A DNA stretch of 62,289 nucleotides, counting the filler, from Globobulimina sp. (taxonomy: Eukaryota), in the NCBI GenBank assembly GCA_003354225.1. It is 17 parts of 17 records of this genome, joined end to end, with 100 filler letters (N's around TTAATTAATTAA, not from the genome) between each part and the next. Parts side by side here need not be neighbours in the genome. Positions count along the whole stretch, not along the records: positions 1 to 3,574 come from PIVH01002475.1; positions 3,675 to 7,248 come from PIVH01002476.1; positions 7,349 to 10,921 come from PIVH01002477.1; positions 11,022 to 14,593 come from PIVH01002478.1; 13 more parts are not named here. One strand, 5' to 3'. Every line of letters starts with the position of its first letter. Within the stretch, counting starts at the first letter, position 1. This document shows positions 1 through 12,271 of this stretch, piece by piece. The notes below the pieces were generated by a model that was not told where the DNA came from, searched no databases, and saw only the letters and a list, made by a program, of their open reading frames with translations. The position numbers were made by a program, and so were the translations under genes.

Positions 1-3000
1 CGAGGGCGAGCGCGAGGGGTTTGATGCCGACGCATTCGACGACTTTAATGATAACTATAACCGATATGATGGTTTCGCACAAAATTATTATAACCTTCCC
101 AATGGACCTTCACCGAGTGACCTTGTGCCCGATGATCCCTCCGATTTTCCAGGGCCTGTTCCCAATGAACGATATTACGACAGATACGATGATGATGGCC
201 GAATCCTTCCAGGTCCCAACGAGGACTACGATAACTATGACAGATACGGTGATGAAATCAGTGGTGGTGGCGGTGCCTATTATGACGATGGATTCGGTGG
301 TGGTCTGCCTGGCCGTCCTGTATTAAGTTTAGTGTTTATTTCGGTTTGTATGTCGTTTAATTTTGCTTTGTTGACTCACAAAATATTTATATTTTGTATC
401 TACTTGTAACTAAAACAAAAGTCGAAGTCACTGCCTGTGATGGATGGCATTATGGCTCAACGTCTAACTCTTTGCAACTGCAATTGAATGGACAATATGA
501 CTCCTCGCGCATATTTTACGTGAATAAATTCAGTTCCTTGCCTACCTTTGGTATGTCTTATGTGTACAGCGCGTATATGAATTATTATGATGTGTACGGC
601 AATTTATTTTCGATTCTGGTGTCTATGGATGATGTCTACGGTTATTGCATCAAAGGAATATCCATTTTATTGCTGCCCTATTGGGACAATTCAGATTCAG
701 ATGGCATTTTTGATGGATCTGATTTTTATGGCTCACAGGGCACATTGGAGGAGTTATTCCCACATTTGAGGAGGAACCCAAATGCAACCATCAATTCCAC
801 GACAACCGCACCACCAACAGATGGATATGATGGGTATTATGGTGGCGTAAGCTATGAAGCAAGATATGATTTTTATTATGATCAGTTTGGTTTGGGTGTG
901 ATTTTCAGCAAACAATGTCGATATGCATACAGGTCCTTAACTACCCATCGCGTCATGGCGCCTTGTTTTGATAATATTGAGTTTTATATCGGTGCTCCGC
1001 GTGGCTTGTTCAAGTTGGTGGTGCATACGTGCCAACATCCAGACTCTGGTATCAGTGCCTTGGAGATGTCCGGCGGTAATGTGTATAATGCGATTATGGG
1101 CAAACCGGAGAAGGAGAATGTATACGTTGCCACGGATTTTGATTTTATGGGACATGTACAAGTTGGATTAGTGGATTTGGACCAATTGGGACATATTATC
1201 GCAGGCAATGTCATGATTGATAAGTATAGCAATGGGCACGGAAATAGTAATAACAATAATAATGGAAATATGAACAATAATAACTATGGAAATAGTAATA
1301 ATGGGCATGGTAACAGATTATTATTAAATGGGAATAGTTATAATGGTGGAGGTGGTTCGTATGGTTATGATTATGCGTTTTATTCGCGCCATGTGGAAGG
1401 CAAAATTATTGGGATCAAATTGGAAGCGGTTGGATATGAATCGAATAATAATTATTATTTTAATCAGAGAGATCAGGAATATTTTCATTTGAAGATTAAC
1501 GGAGTTGATGCATATATTCATAGTGTTTCTATATTGGGAGAGGGACAATATTTGGTAGCGTTTATAATGGAGAAAGAGCGGGTTTATGTGACCAAAACTA
1601 CGGAGTTTATTATTTTTGGAGATTTCGTGAATCATTTATATTTGAATATTTATGTCATTTTTGACGGCTTTAATGAAAAATATAGGTTGCCGTTTGTGGT
1701 GGAAGAGTGGGAGGACACATCTGATGCTGTTGAGCCTGAGCCTGAGCCGTATGAAGAAACGCCAGAGGAATATGATACTACGACTACTACAACAACGACG
1801 ACCACGACCACTACGAGTACCACTACGACCACTGCGGCGCCTGAAGAATATCCGGATTATAAGCCAGATGAACCAGATGAACCAGATGATAAGGAATATG
1901 ATGCAACCACAACCACATATTATCCAGACGTTGATCCTTATCCACAAGTTACAGACAAGAAAAAAGCTAAAAAGGGTAAAAAATCGTGGGATACTTATGA
2001 CAAATCGTATGATAATGGCAATGAGAACAATGACCGGTATGATTCTCGAGATGACAAATCTTATGATGGACATGGTGGTAATTACGATAGCAAGTCGTAT
2101 GGTGACAGAAATGATCCGAAATCTTCTTATGACGACAAATATGATGGTAATTATGATGCAAAATATCCAAAATCTTATGACAAATCTGCTGACAGATATG
2201 ATGCCAGAAATTATCAAAGATATGGAAGGGGAAATGATCAAAAGTATAACGGAAGAAATGGCGCAAATTCAAGAAATAACAACGGGAGAGGTGGCGGTGG
2301 CGCATATAACGGAAGAAAATTGCTACAACGTAATAATAATAATAACAACGGAAACAGCAATAATAATAATAATAACAGAAACGGCAACACCAACAATAAC
2401 AATAATAACAACAGAAATAGTAATAACAATAATGGCGGTAATAATAATAATGGCGGTGGAGGTAATAACAATAACGACAGAAATAGTAATAATAATAATG
2501 GTAACAGTGGCGGTGGCGGTGGAGGTGGAGGTAATAGTGGCGGTGGCAACAGTGGCGGTAATATGAATAATATGGGAGGACCAGAGTATGATTCAAAGAC
2601 AAATTATCGTGCAAGTAGCAAAGATGAACATTACGAACAATATTTCAAACAAGACCAAGACTCGCAATATAACAAAGATTTAAACAACGAAGGATCATAC
2701 ACCCATTCTGATGATAGCAAATATACTTTCAATCCCGGCGATAAATATGAAGCCCCGATGCCCAATGATTTAGACCATGAATATACAGAAAAGGAGGAAC
2801 ATGAACACGTCACAAAAGAGCCATACATCAAAGAGCAACATGGTATAAACTGGTTTGATGCAAACGATAAATGTGAGGAGAAACATGGGACCTGGTTAAC
2901 TTCCATACATTCCAAAGACGAAAATTTTTTGATTTCAGGGTTTGTTGGCTCAGACTATAGCGCCTGGATTGGATTGGCAGATTTTGACATTAATTCCATG

Positions 3001-3574
3001 CATGGCAACCGTAACAGCGGTGCGCGGAATCACAACGGCTGTTATTATTTCTATGGCGGTGGCGGCGGCGGAGGAGGCGGTGGCGGTAATAATGGCAACC
3101 AATTTAACTGCGATTGGAAGTGGATTGATGGCTCATTTATAGATTATACAGATTGGTATTCCAATTCGCCTAATCATTGGAGCGGGGAAGATTGCGCTTA
3201 CATCGACGGACAATATCGGCGCGGATGGGAGAATGTGGACTGCGAGAAATTAAAACGAAAATACGTGTGTTTAGCTGGCAAATGGTATCCAAATCAGAAG
3301 CGAAAATTTGAAATTAATAACAAACAAAAAGTGGACAATGCACATGAGAAAGTAGCGGTTATTTCCATCGGCAATAACAACAAAGATGTGCCCATCTGTA
3401 TAGATGCCGTATCGTTGGATTTTTTAGTTGCGTTGGACATTACAACCAATTGGATTGGTGGCGAGAACGTGATGTACCCCTTTTTCAATGAATTGTTGTA
3501 CGGCGTGTTCCGAGCGCCGGTGTGTAGGACGGAAGTGAGCCATATCGATATTGATTATTCCACCTCTAAATCGG
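1..3574 (+). CDS. Large extracellular-type protein, partial at both ends: Asp/Tyr-rich repeats, Thr run, Asn/Gly tracts, C-type lectin domain (~2840-3275)
   Basis: CTLD pattern NWFDANDKC..LTSIHSKDEN..AWIGL..WKWIDGS..YTDW..PN..EDC..W..VDC..YVC; probable short intron near 320-420. Confidence 0.8.
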
Positions 3575-3674
3575 NNNNNNNNNNNNNNNNNNNNNNNNNN
3601 NNNNNNNNNNNNNNNNNNTTAATTAATTAANNNNNNNNNNNNNNNNNNNNNNNNNNNNNNNNNNNNNNNNNNNN
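3575..3674. other. Artificial contig linker N44-TTAATTAATTAA-N44 (first of 16; the others start at 7249, 10922, 14594, 18266, 21938, 25609, 29279, 32949, 36619, 40288, 43956, 47624, 51291, 54958, 58624)
   Basis: Identical 100-bp spacer with stops in all six frames; contig lengths fall monotonically. Confidence 0.99.
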
Positions 3675-4801
3675 ATTTCACGTTATTCAACAACATTGGT
3701 GAGAAATTATGCGTGATTATTATATCGGTAATGTTAAAAACATTGTAAATGATATAAGAAATATGCAGATAACAAAACTCCATTTTAATTTAAAGATAAT
3801 CTCAGATGATTTAGAAAGAACATATTCGACAGCTTCAATATTTATGACATATTTTTTAAAATATAACGATGTTTTATCTCAATATAGCAAAATGATATGG
3901 ATTATGGATGGAAGTATTGATTATTTATATTCCTATGCACATGATATTGCATCGGATCCTTACATTCCACAACAAAATGCTGCTTGTAAAGATTTAAAAA
4001 AATATATTTGGAATAAAGCACAAGAAACAAAGGTTTATCAAGTTGTAAACTGAATTTATGGAACATATCTTTTTTTGATTTGTTGACTATTTACTAGTAC
4101 ATATATATGCAAAGTTTGCTTTTTTGTATACTGTATTTACAATTAGACATTCTGCAAAATATACATTAGAAAGTGATTTAGATCGTATATCGGATACATT
4201 ATTATATCATAAAATAAGCAAATTTGGATTTAATGCCAATATTAATAATGTTACATTATAATTGGATAAAATAAAATATTTTTTATCAGCAAATACAAAG
4301 AAACGCCAACGCCAACGCTCAAACAATAATATTACAAATGGTGAACCTTCAAATTCAAAAAAGCAAAGATTAAATAATTCCGCAGCATTGAATAGAAATC
4401 ATAATAGTAATTATAATGAAGCGAATGGCAATGATTCAAACGATGAAGGTATTGGTGAAGAAAAAATGAATCATTCTTTTAAAATTGTGATTGATGGTTT
4501 CTCTGTTAAATCAATGTTGCGTTTTATGAATGATTGCCGTAAAGATTGGCACACTTCAGAACCAACACAAAATGATAAAGAATATTACAATGTAAAATTG
4601 GTTACTGTAAATTGTAAAGGTTGGCCAAGAATATTTGGCGTAGCAATACGTGATATTCAACCAAATGAAGAGTTATTATCCTTTTATGGAAATTGTATTG
4701 GTGTTGAAAAAGAAATAATAAAATTGAATCATCGGAATAATGAATTAAAAGAAATATTGGCGTCTGTCGGAATGGAAAATGATGTTCCTAGCTTTGACTG
4801 A
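3675..4801 (+). CDS. SET-domain protein, multi-exon, 5' partial
   Basis: LRFMND..NVKLV..IFGVAIRDIQPNEELLSFYG matches the SET C-terminal motifs; linkage to upstream ORF 3709-4053 is inferred. Confidence 0.7.
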
Positions 4802-4897
4802 ATCAAATCAAATCATATTCAGCACATTGACATTGTATAATAGTTTAATTTTTACTTAAGATATTTTTTATTTCCAGAACAATATAGTGTCAACATC

Positions 4898-6222
4898 ATG
4901 ATGCGAGCGGAACGAGTACTTTGTTGCATTATCATTGTTGGCGTACTATACAACATTTTTAATGTTCTATTGTGGTATGCAAAACGTAGGTCAATACATA
5001 TGAGATCAACCACTGTAATTAAACAAGGCCAGATGCACAACTAATACTTGATGACATTCTGCCGCCATCTATACCATCATTAATGATTATAGGTCCATCT
5101 AAAACTGGTACTACATCTTTGATTGTAGAATTAACCAAAAAGTTTCCAAACAATTTCTTCATTTTGGATGCAAGTGGTAAACCAACAGAAATTAGTCGCA
5201 TATTCAGAGGCATTGCAAAATCCATCATCAACAATGATAAAAAATCTGCAGAATTGCTTGGATTATTAAATAGCTCCGGATCCGATATGTTTGCATCCAA
5301 TTTATCATTGTCCTCATTGTTTGGATATCATATAAAGAATAATGATGGCTCGCAGTACATTCGTTATTATCAACAGCGATTCGCAGAAACAATTCAACAT
5401 TTTCTCAAATTATGCAATTCGTCATATGATCAATTACCATATATATTTACTTTAGAAAAATGTCCGAGAAACTTTTACTATCCGCACGCTTCTTATATTT
5501 TAGCAAAATTCTTTTGAATGCCACATAAAATATCCTTTGAAAGCTTGGGATTAAGGAAAATGTTCAAGACAAAAGGAAGCAAAGTACTGTGTATAATAAG
5601 AAACCCTATTTTTAGACTAAATAGCTGGTATAATATGCACCATTCCTATATTAATATTGTTAAAGATTTGACACAAGCCATGAATGACAAAGATGTGCTA
5701 TTTATTCGTCATTTAATTGTTAATAATACGCAACAAGACATAGAAAATGGAATTAATGACAATTGCATAATCATTAGATATTTAACGTGGTTTTATACAT
5801 TCATGCAACAAACAGTACGGCATTCGCACCCAACACATCAAGTAATGTCTTGTTTGTATTATCCTCAGTTGTTGATATGGATTCGAATGTATTTGGAGTT
5901 CAATTTATTGAGCACACATTTTAAATTGATTTCCTTTGATTATTTGTCAAACCCTGAGACTCGAAACCGTGCTTTGAATGATATAGTTTTGTGGAATCAG
6001 TATGATATCGTTAATGGTGCTGATGATGTATTAAATTTTAAATACAATGACGATAAGACTTTTATTAAAATTCATTCATTTCAAAGAAAATTCCCCAACA
6101 TACTGATGGAGCCATTGCGAAATATATTTGAGCCAATTCAACCGAAATTAACTCACTTGTTTGACCGATTTGAATCGAATCATTTATTTTTAGGTCCAAA
6201 ATACCAATACCATTCGCCATGA
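4898..6222 (+). pseudogene. Membrane-anchored sulfotransferase, disrupted
   Basis: IIGPSKTGTTSL (5'-PSB loop) and IIRNPIFRLNSWY (3'-PB) are in one frame but split by TGA at 5515-5517; the signal-anchor ORF from ATG 4898 is in another frame. Confidence 0.7.
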
Positions 6223-6525
6223 ACCAGTTTAATTTTATTTAATATAATGACTGCCAACTTCCATAAACCTCGTACATGAATCGTGATTTTTATTGTATAC
6301 CGGGTCTATTTTGTGAGAAAGAATTTCGTTGCAAAATGTGGCTCTCTATGCCTGGGATAAGGAACAACCTATTTTGCGTTTTTAAGTTATTATTTATGAT
6401 AACAATACAACATTGATTACCATTATCTTCCCTTTACCACGCGATCTAAAAACAAATAACAAATGTGAATCAATAAAACACGCCAAACACACACCAATTG
6501 CACAAATAAATTATATATAAGAACA

Positions 6526-7248
6526 TCAACTTTTAACAGTGAATATCCCTGTTTTTTTAAGTACATTATAATTCCGAGACCAATTTTTATCACAATTAAT
6601 GTGATGGGTACGTTTCCAATGTATTTTTTGACACTTTCTATTGCAATACATTGCTTTCATGCATCCACAACATGATCTTAATCGTATTCCTTTTTTCATT
6701 CCACAATTACTACATTTCATTTTATTCAATTTCCCCCTAAAAAATCCCTTTTCTTTATCATAATCTTCAAATATTTGTGTCTTATTATCAACATAAAGCA
6801 ATTTATAAACATACGCACGTTTTAAACATTTTAATCCTATTCCATATTCACCACAAAATTTACATATTTTACTCAAATATCGCAATGATAAACATATAAC
6901 AAAAAATGACGGAGCTGCATTAATTGCAAAGACAAAGTTCCCTTTTGCATCCACATATTGTTTCATTTTTAATCGGAGTTTGCCATAAAGAAAATGTAAA
7001 TGTTCTGCACTGGCCGGGGCCATATACATTGACCTATAATTTCGAGATACAATTTGGAGTCCAGATGCTTCAATATTATTCCTCCAACGCATCAAATCGT
7101 TGCTCAATTTCCATCCATGGATTTCAACAATTGCATCACCAAACAAACTCCATACTTCAACTATTTTTTTTTGTAATTCTTTCTCAGATTTAAGTGACAA
7201 AATATTTGCAATGCATTCTTTGCCAAAAATCATTAAAAATCCCAATGT
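6526..7248 (-). CDS. MYND zinc-finger protein, 5' partial
   Basis: CSNC..CCGC..YCNRKCQKIHWKRTHHINC. Confidence 0.9.
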   Translation of the reverse strand, partial: TLGFLMIFGKECIANILSLKSEKELQKKIVEVWSLFGDAIVEIHGWKLSNDLMRWRNNIEASGLQIVSRNYRSMYMAPASAEHLHFLYGKLRLKMKQYVDAKGNFVFAINAAPSFFVICLSLRYLSKICKFCGEYGIGLKCLKRAYVYKLLYVDNKTQIFEDYDKEKGFFRGKLNKMKCSNCGMKKGIRLRSCCGCMKAMYCNRKCQKIHWKRTHHINCDKNWSRNYNVLKKTGIFTVKS

Positions 7249-7522
7249 NNNNNNNNNNNNNNNNNNNNNNNNNNNNNNNNNNNNNNNNNNNNTTAATTAA
7301 TTAANNNNNNNNNNNNNNNNNNNNNNNNNNNNNNNNNNNNNNNNNNNNTTATCAAACACACACAAACAAACATTCGATGTTTTTAAGTATTTTGTTTTAA
7401 AAAAAAAGAATTTATTGATATACGCAGTTGCAATTTTTTAACAATGATCCCAGCAAAGTGTAATTGGTGGAACAAATGAGGATGAATATGGATTGATATA
7501 TGTTGCAACTGTGGATATTGAG

Positions 7523-8954
7523 TTATTGACAAATATTTGTGATAGCATATTTTATATTTAATGCATCATCAAAAATTTCACATAGATTAACCAAACTATT
7601 AACGTATTTTAATGAATAATCAGTAAATCTTTCACAATTATCTTCATAATATGAATAAACATCTTTTAAACATTGATAATTTGAGGGACGAATATGTCCA
7701 TATTTTATAGCATCAATATTTGTTACTTTATTATTATCATTTAATACATATTCAATTAATTCATCAAATAATAAATCGATTCTTAATCTGTAATCAATTT
7801 CTTCTTTAACTAATAAAGCAGCAGAAATCTTTAAATCCATATCCTTTGCCGCTAAATATCTGTGTTGTAATATTGCTAATTTAACATCTCTTGAATTCAT
7901 TGCCAATGAGGATGGCACCCAATCTTTATTATAATTGAATTTATTATTTTTTAAATTCCGAATTGAATTTTTTAATAATTTTAATATATTTTTATTTTGT
8001 ACTCTATCATGATAAGCTTCAAAATCTTCAATTGGCTCATCATCAAAAGCAAAATCTCCGTACTATAAATGTAGAAATATACAAAAAATATATTTCAGAA
8101 AGTGTATATATAACAAAATCAAAACAAATATAATAATTTATAACTTTTTGAGGTTGTGATTCATTCACAATGTTGGCAACATCGACAAATTGTTGAATTA
8201 ATGTTTCGTGTTCAACATTACCCCAATTATTCTTAGTATCTTGCATCCAACGAATAGAATATTCATCAGCCATATATGTACCCAATGTGGCATTATAATA
8301 ATATGCATAACTGGATTGATACGGTGTTGCTGCCGTTGTTGCAAATATGGATGTATTATTTGATAATAAACCATCAAACATTGAACCAGATTCACATGAT
8401 TCTAAATAAAATACTAATTTATTATACATACCATTTTTATACATATAATTGAATGCATCATTTAAATCTGTGGCATATAATGGGTCACCGACAGGCATTG
8501 CCACTATTCCTGTTGCACCATGATCGGAATAATAAATAAATACATTATCATTTGCGGTTGATTCTAATACTGGACCGGTTAAAGTATCGTTTCTTTTTAT
8601 ACCTTGAATGACATTTAAAAAAGTTTCTGCCGTCACCTGCTGGCCGGAATATGACACAACAATATCACCATAAACATCGTCACCACCCGGCTCATTAAAT
8701 AATTGTCCTGGAAATGGATTAGATGTTGAATTAACAACATCATCATACATCATTACAATTACTTTATTAGGTGGAAATCCAGCCATTTTCGTTAATATTT
8801 GATATGAATGTGCAATATCTGATTGATGTCGATAATTATAAAAGCCATTAGATCCCGCTACTAATACTGCCCAATTTGATGCGTTTCCAGTGTTGTTATT
8901 TGATGACACTACAAATAATATAGCAAATAAAACTATTGACACTGCATTCTTCAT
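7523..8954 (-). CDS. LGMN: Legumain / asparaginyl endopeptidase (peptidase C13), two exons, intron 8063-8144
   Basis: Signal peptide, WAVLVAGSNGFYNYRHQSD, catalytic DHG and ESCESGSMF; GT..AG splice gives PQK-YGD in frame with the C-terminal prodomain. Confidence 0.95.
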
Positions 8955-9145
8955 TGATACTGGGATAGATTAGATCCTTTAGATTATACGTTGGGTGAAA
9001 CAAACAGGCGGGTGATTAGAAGTTAGAAGTAGTAGTAAAGGTTAGTTTGGTGTTTGATGAAAACAAAAAAAAACAAAAACTGTACAGAACACTGAATATT
9101 ATAATTTTACGTTGAATATTATAATAAAATTGCAATTCATAGTAT

Positions 9146-9496
9146 CTAACTATGCTTTATCCATTCAAACACTTGACAGCATTCAGTATATTTATTTTTG
9201 ATATCCCTCAGATTTGACGAATGATAAATTTCCTTCCATTCATTATCAACATTTTTATTATTTTTATCATTGAAATGATCTGAATTTAAAATAATCCGAT
9301 ATTTGTCATTATGATTTGACCAAAAACCATATGTTCTCACAAAACCAACCACCATATTACGTGATTTATGTGTTTGTAGTTTTAATGTTCCATAAAGTTT
9401 ATCGTTATATGCTTCAATCTCAATCCAATATACATCCCCAGAGCCACACCCATCGCCATCCATTAATAATTGATAAACAGCTGACAAATGACTCAA
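9146..9496 (-). CDS. Hypothetical protein, possibly part of the adjacent hydrolase gene
   Basis: 116-aa ORF immediately downstream on the same strand. Confidence 0.35.
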   Translation of the reverse strand: MSHLSAVYQLLMDGDGCGSGDVYWIEIEAYNDKLYGTLKLQTHKSRNMVVGFVRTYGFWSNHNDKYRIILNSDHFNDKNNKNVDNEWKEIYHSSNLRDIKNKYTECCQVFEWIKHS

Positions 9497-9519
9497 ATCT
9501 TTGTTCTGTGATCAAATAT

Positions 9520-10377
9520 TCAAATAAGTAAACTTCGACCACACACATTCAAATAAGTGAAATTCGAACATACATTGTTATCAACTTTCATTTCGATGCC
9601 TTTGTCTTTTGGTTTTAGCTTTAATTGATTTAAAATATGCGGAGCGAGTTCTGTGTCATCATCAAAAATATCATCAATATATCCGTGCGAATTGGTTAAT
9701 GTCAGCCATTGGATGGATTTAACAAAATTATGCTTACATTTACATTGTCCGGCACGAATTGATATATTTGCTATATTTGAAGCGAACAAAGCAACATCTA
9801 AATCATTATAATAATGTATCCAACTCTGTACATAATGTTTTGCTTTATTTATTGTGTTATGATATTGTTCAATTTCAACATCAGCCGCTAAACAAATAAC
9901 ATTACATCCTTTAAATAAATTTAATTTATTGTTTCTGTCACAATTTAATATTGCTTCACTTAATAAATAATTACCCATTGAATGTGCAATAATATCAATT
10001 TTTGAAAATTGTCCATCATTTCTTAGGTTTTCAATATATTGAACAAAATGTTTTGCACAATTCTTTGCAGTCTCTTGGTCTCCTTTATATTTAGTTAATT
10101 GATTGAATGATTTCCAATTAAATCCAGTGGTAATCACCTTCTTTGTGCCTAATTTTGCATCAATTGCTAATCCTCGTTTGTTCGCATCATTTTCATTGTT
10201 TTTATAACCATGAATAAATACAATTAAATGATCATCATTTTCAATTTTTCCATATTTCTTGCAGAGCATTGTTTCTTCTTTGATGTGAGTTGTTTCATAG
10301 GAAATAGAACCGATTCCAGATGCTGACGTTATATCAGAGGTTGGGAAATGAAAATGTATATTATTCAGACTACTCAA
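9520..10377 (-). CDS. Alpha/beta hydrolase, DUF900-like; start uncertain
   Basis: IVFIHGY..N, IIAHSMGN nucleophile elbow, LAAD, D.AL..S, SHGY. Confidence 0.8.
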   Translation of the reverse strand: MSSLNNIHFHFPTSDITSASGIGSISYETTHIKEETMLCKKYGKIENDDHLIVFIHGYKNNENDANKRGLAIDAKLGTKKVITTGFNWKSFNQLTKYKGDQETAKNCAKHFVQYIENLRNDGQFSKIDIIAHSMGNYLLSEAILNCDRNNKLNLFKGCNVICLAADVEIEQYHNTINKAKHYVQSWIHYYNDLDVALFASNIANISIRAGQCKCKHNFVKSIQWLTLTNSHGYIDDIFDDDTELAPHILNQLKLKPKDKGIEMKVDNNVCSNFTYLNVCGRSLLI

Positions 10378-10610
10378 GCCATGGCAATCTAAATTATTAT
10401 AAGGTTTTGGACTTTATTTTTTTGAAGTGATGTAGTCATTCATCATCAGTAATTTCAGTATATATATATATTTTCTTTTTAAGATGTACCGTTTCTGAGT
10501 GAAATCTATCCTCGCACAAATTGTTTGTATATATCACAGTTCTTACTGAGAAGAAGAAGAAAATATACACAGTCTATATATATAAATTGTTTTTATGTAT
10601 CATCACAATA

Positions 10611-10921
10611 TTATTTTTCAAATGCATCGGTTTGCTCCTTTGACAATTTCGTATCTTGATTCAGTTCCCAATTCGATATCCCTTGATCATAAATGGATAA
10701 CCTATCAAATCCAACCATACTTAATGCAAAATAACCAATCGATGAAGATCTTCCTTGGTCGGAATATAATATTATTGGACCTTTCGAATTATTTTCCACA
10801 TCAAACCCTTCACTACGACAAATATCACGTATCTCTTTCACCGATTTAAAGCTACCATTCCTCATAAATTTTGTAGATGGGATGTTAATGGCTCGTGGCA
10901 TTGCATTCATTTTAAAATGTT
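10611..10921 (-). CDS. Rhodanese/sulfurtransferase C-terminal domain, 5' partial
   Basis: PRAINIP..IILYSDQGRSS..FAL..IYDQGISNW. Confidence 0.75.
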
Positions 10922-12271
10922 NNNNNNNNNNNNNNNNNNNNNNNNNNNNNNNNNNNNNNNNNNNNTTAATTAATTAANNNNNNNNNNNNNNNNNNNNNNN
11001 NNNNNNNNNNNNNNNNNNNNNCTTGAAGTGTTTCTTTCTTGTTTTGCGCGCAATGCCTAAGCTGAATAATTTGGCGCACTGCGTAGTGGATAATTTGTGG
11101 ATCAATTTGCGATAAATAACCTGTGCATAGTCGCAGTCCCGTCAATAATAAGATATTTTGCGCAAACACTTGTTGCCAGAATTAATTCATTTAATATAAA
11201 TCACAAACGAATAATTCGTAAATATTAATAAATCAAATGAGCCATAAAATATTAATTCGCCGATGCTTCCACGATTTCTGATCGATAAATACTATATTTT
11301 AACATTCACAACACACAAAACAAAGCAAAACATAATAATCAAAACGTATCTGGTGTAATTTTTTGTTTTCGCTGCTTTTCTCCATGTGACATGATTTAAT
11401 ATGCAGCTTGCTAAAGTTTTTAAACATCTGACAGGCAGCTTCACAAATAAAAGGGAAAAGGGAATTATAACTTGAATTATTTGATGATTAGGAAATTGCA
11501 ATTCTAATTTGTTGAAGCTAGCTAGCAGCAGCAGGACAGGAGCCAGCAGCTTGCTACTTTTGTTTTTTTATTTAAATATATAAGATTTGTCAGCGGAAGA
11601 GAGGAAGAGAGAAATAGATGGATAGAATAAAAATCAATAAATAATATCCAAAATTCCAAATCAATCCATAAAATAACGTTGTCGAGACAGCCGCAGCCGA
11701 ATTAGGAACCGGTCAGGCACTGCGTTATAAAGAGACGAATAGGCATGACCCCAATTTCGACTCTAGTTACTGTCAGTATGCCGACAACGTGTATTTTGGT
11801 CAACGACGGTTGATATTTGAACCAAAACACCTATCCGTAATATTTGCACCAAAAACCATTTTATAATGAAATGAAATTAACCATGCTGCATTTCAATGAT
11901 TTCAAAGTAGAGGAAAAAAAGTGTTAATTTGAAGTTTTTGTCTGTGAAAATGTTCAAAAAAATACAGTCCTGTTATTTGTGATGGACATTTGGGTAAATT
12001 ACGAAACATAGCCGCGCCGCCAATCAAAATCAAACTGTTTTTTGTATGGGATTCGAAATAAAAAAATAAAAAAATATGCGAGTCAGAATGGGCAATTTTG
12101 TTGCTATGTGCGTTTATAAAAAGCAGAAAAACAAAAGCCATCAACCACCATAACACTCCAACCACCCCAACCACCCCAACAACCCCAACCACCCCCTGCC
12201 ACCCCGCCACTCCTATAAAAGAAAGGTTTAACTAATAAAGGTGTTGCTACAAAAAACCTAACAAAAAACCT

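Noticed and set aside
1636-2614. Long overlapping ORFs in other frames and strand (poly-V, poly-L/P, Y/C/H-rich)
   Set aside because: Shadow frames of AAT/GGT/ACN codon repeats in the real ORF.
11680-11840. GC-richer intergenic patch, possible ncRNA
   Set aside because: No recognisable tRNA, snRNA or rRNA motif and no second copy in the window.
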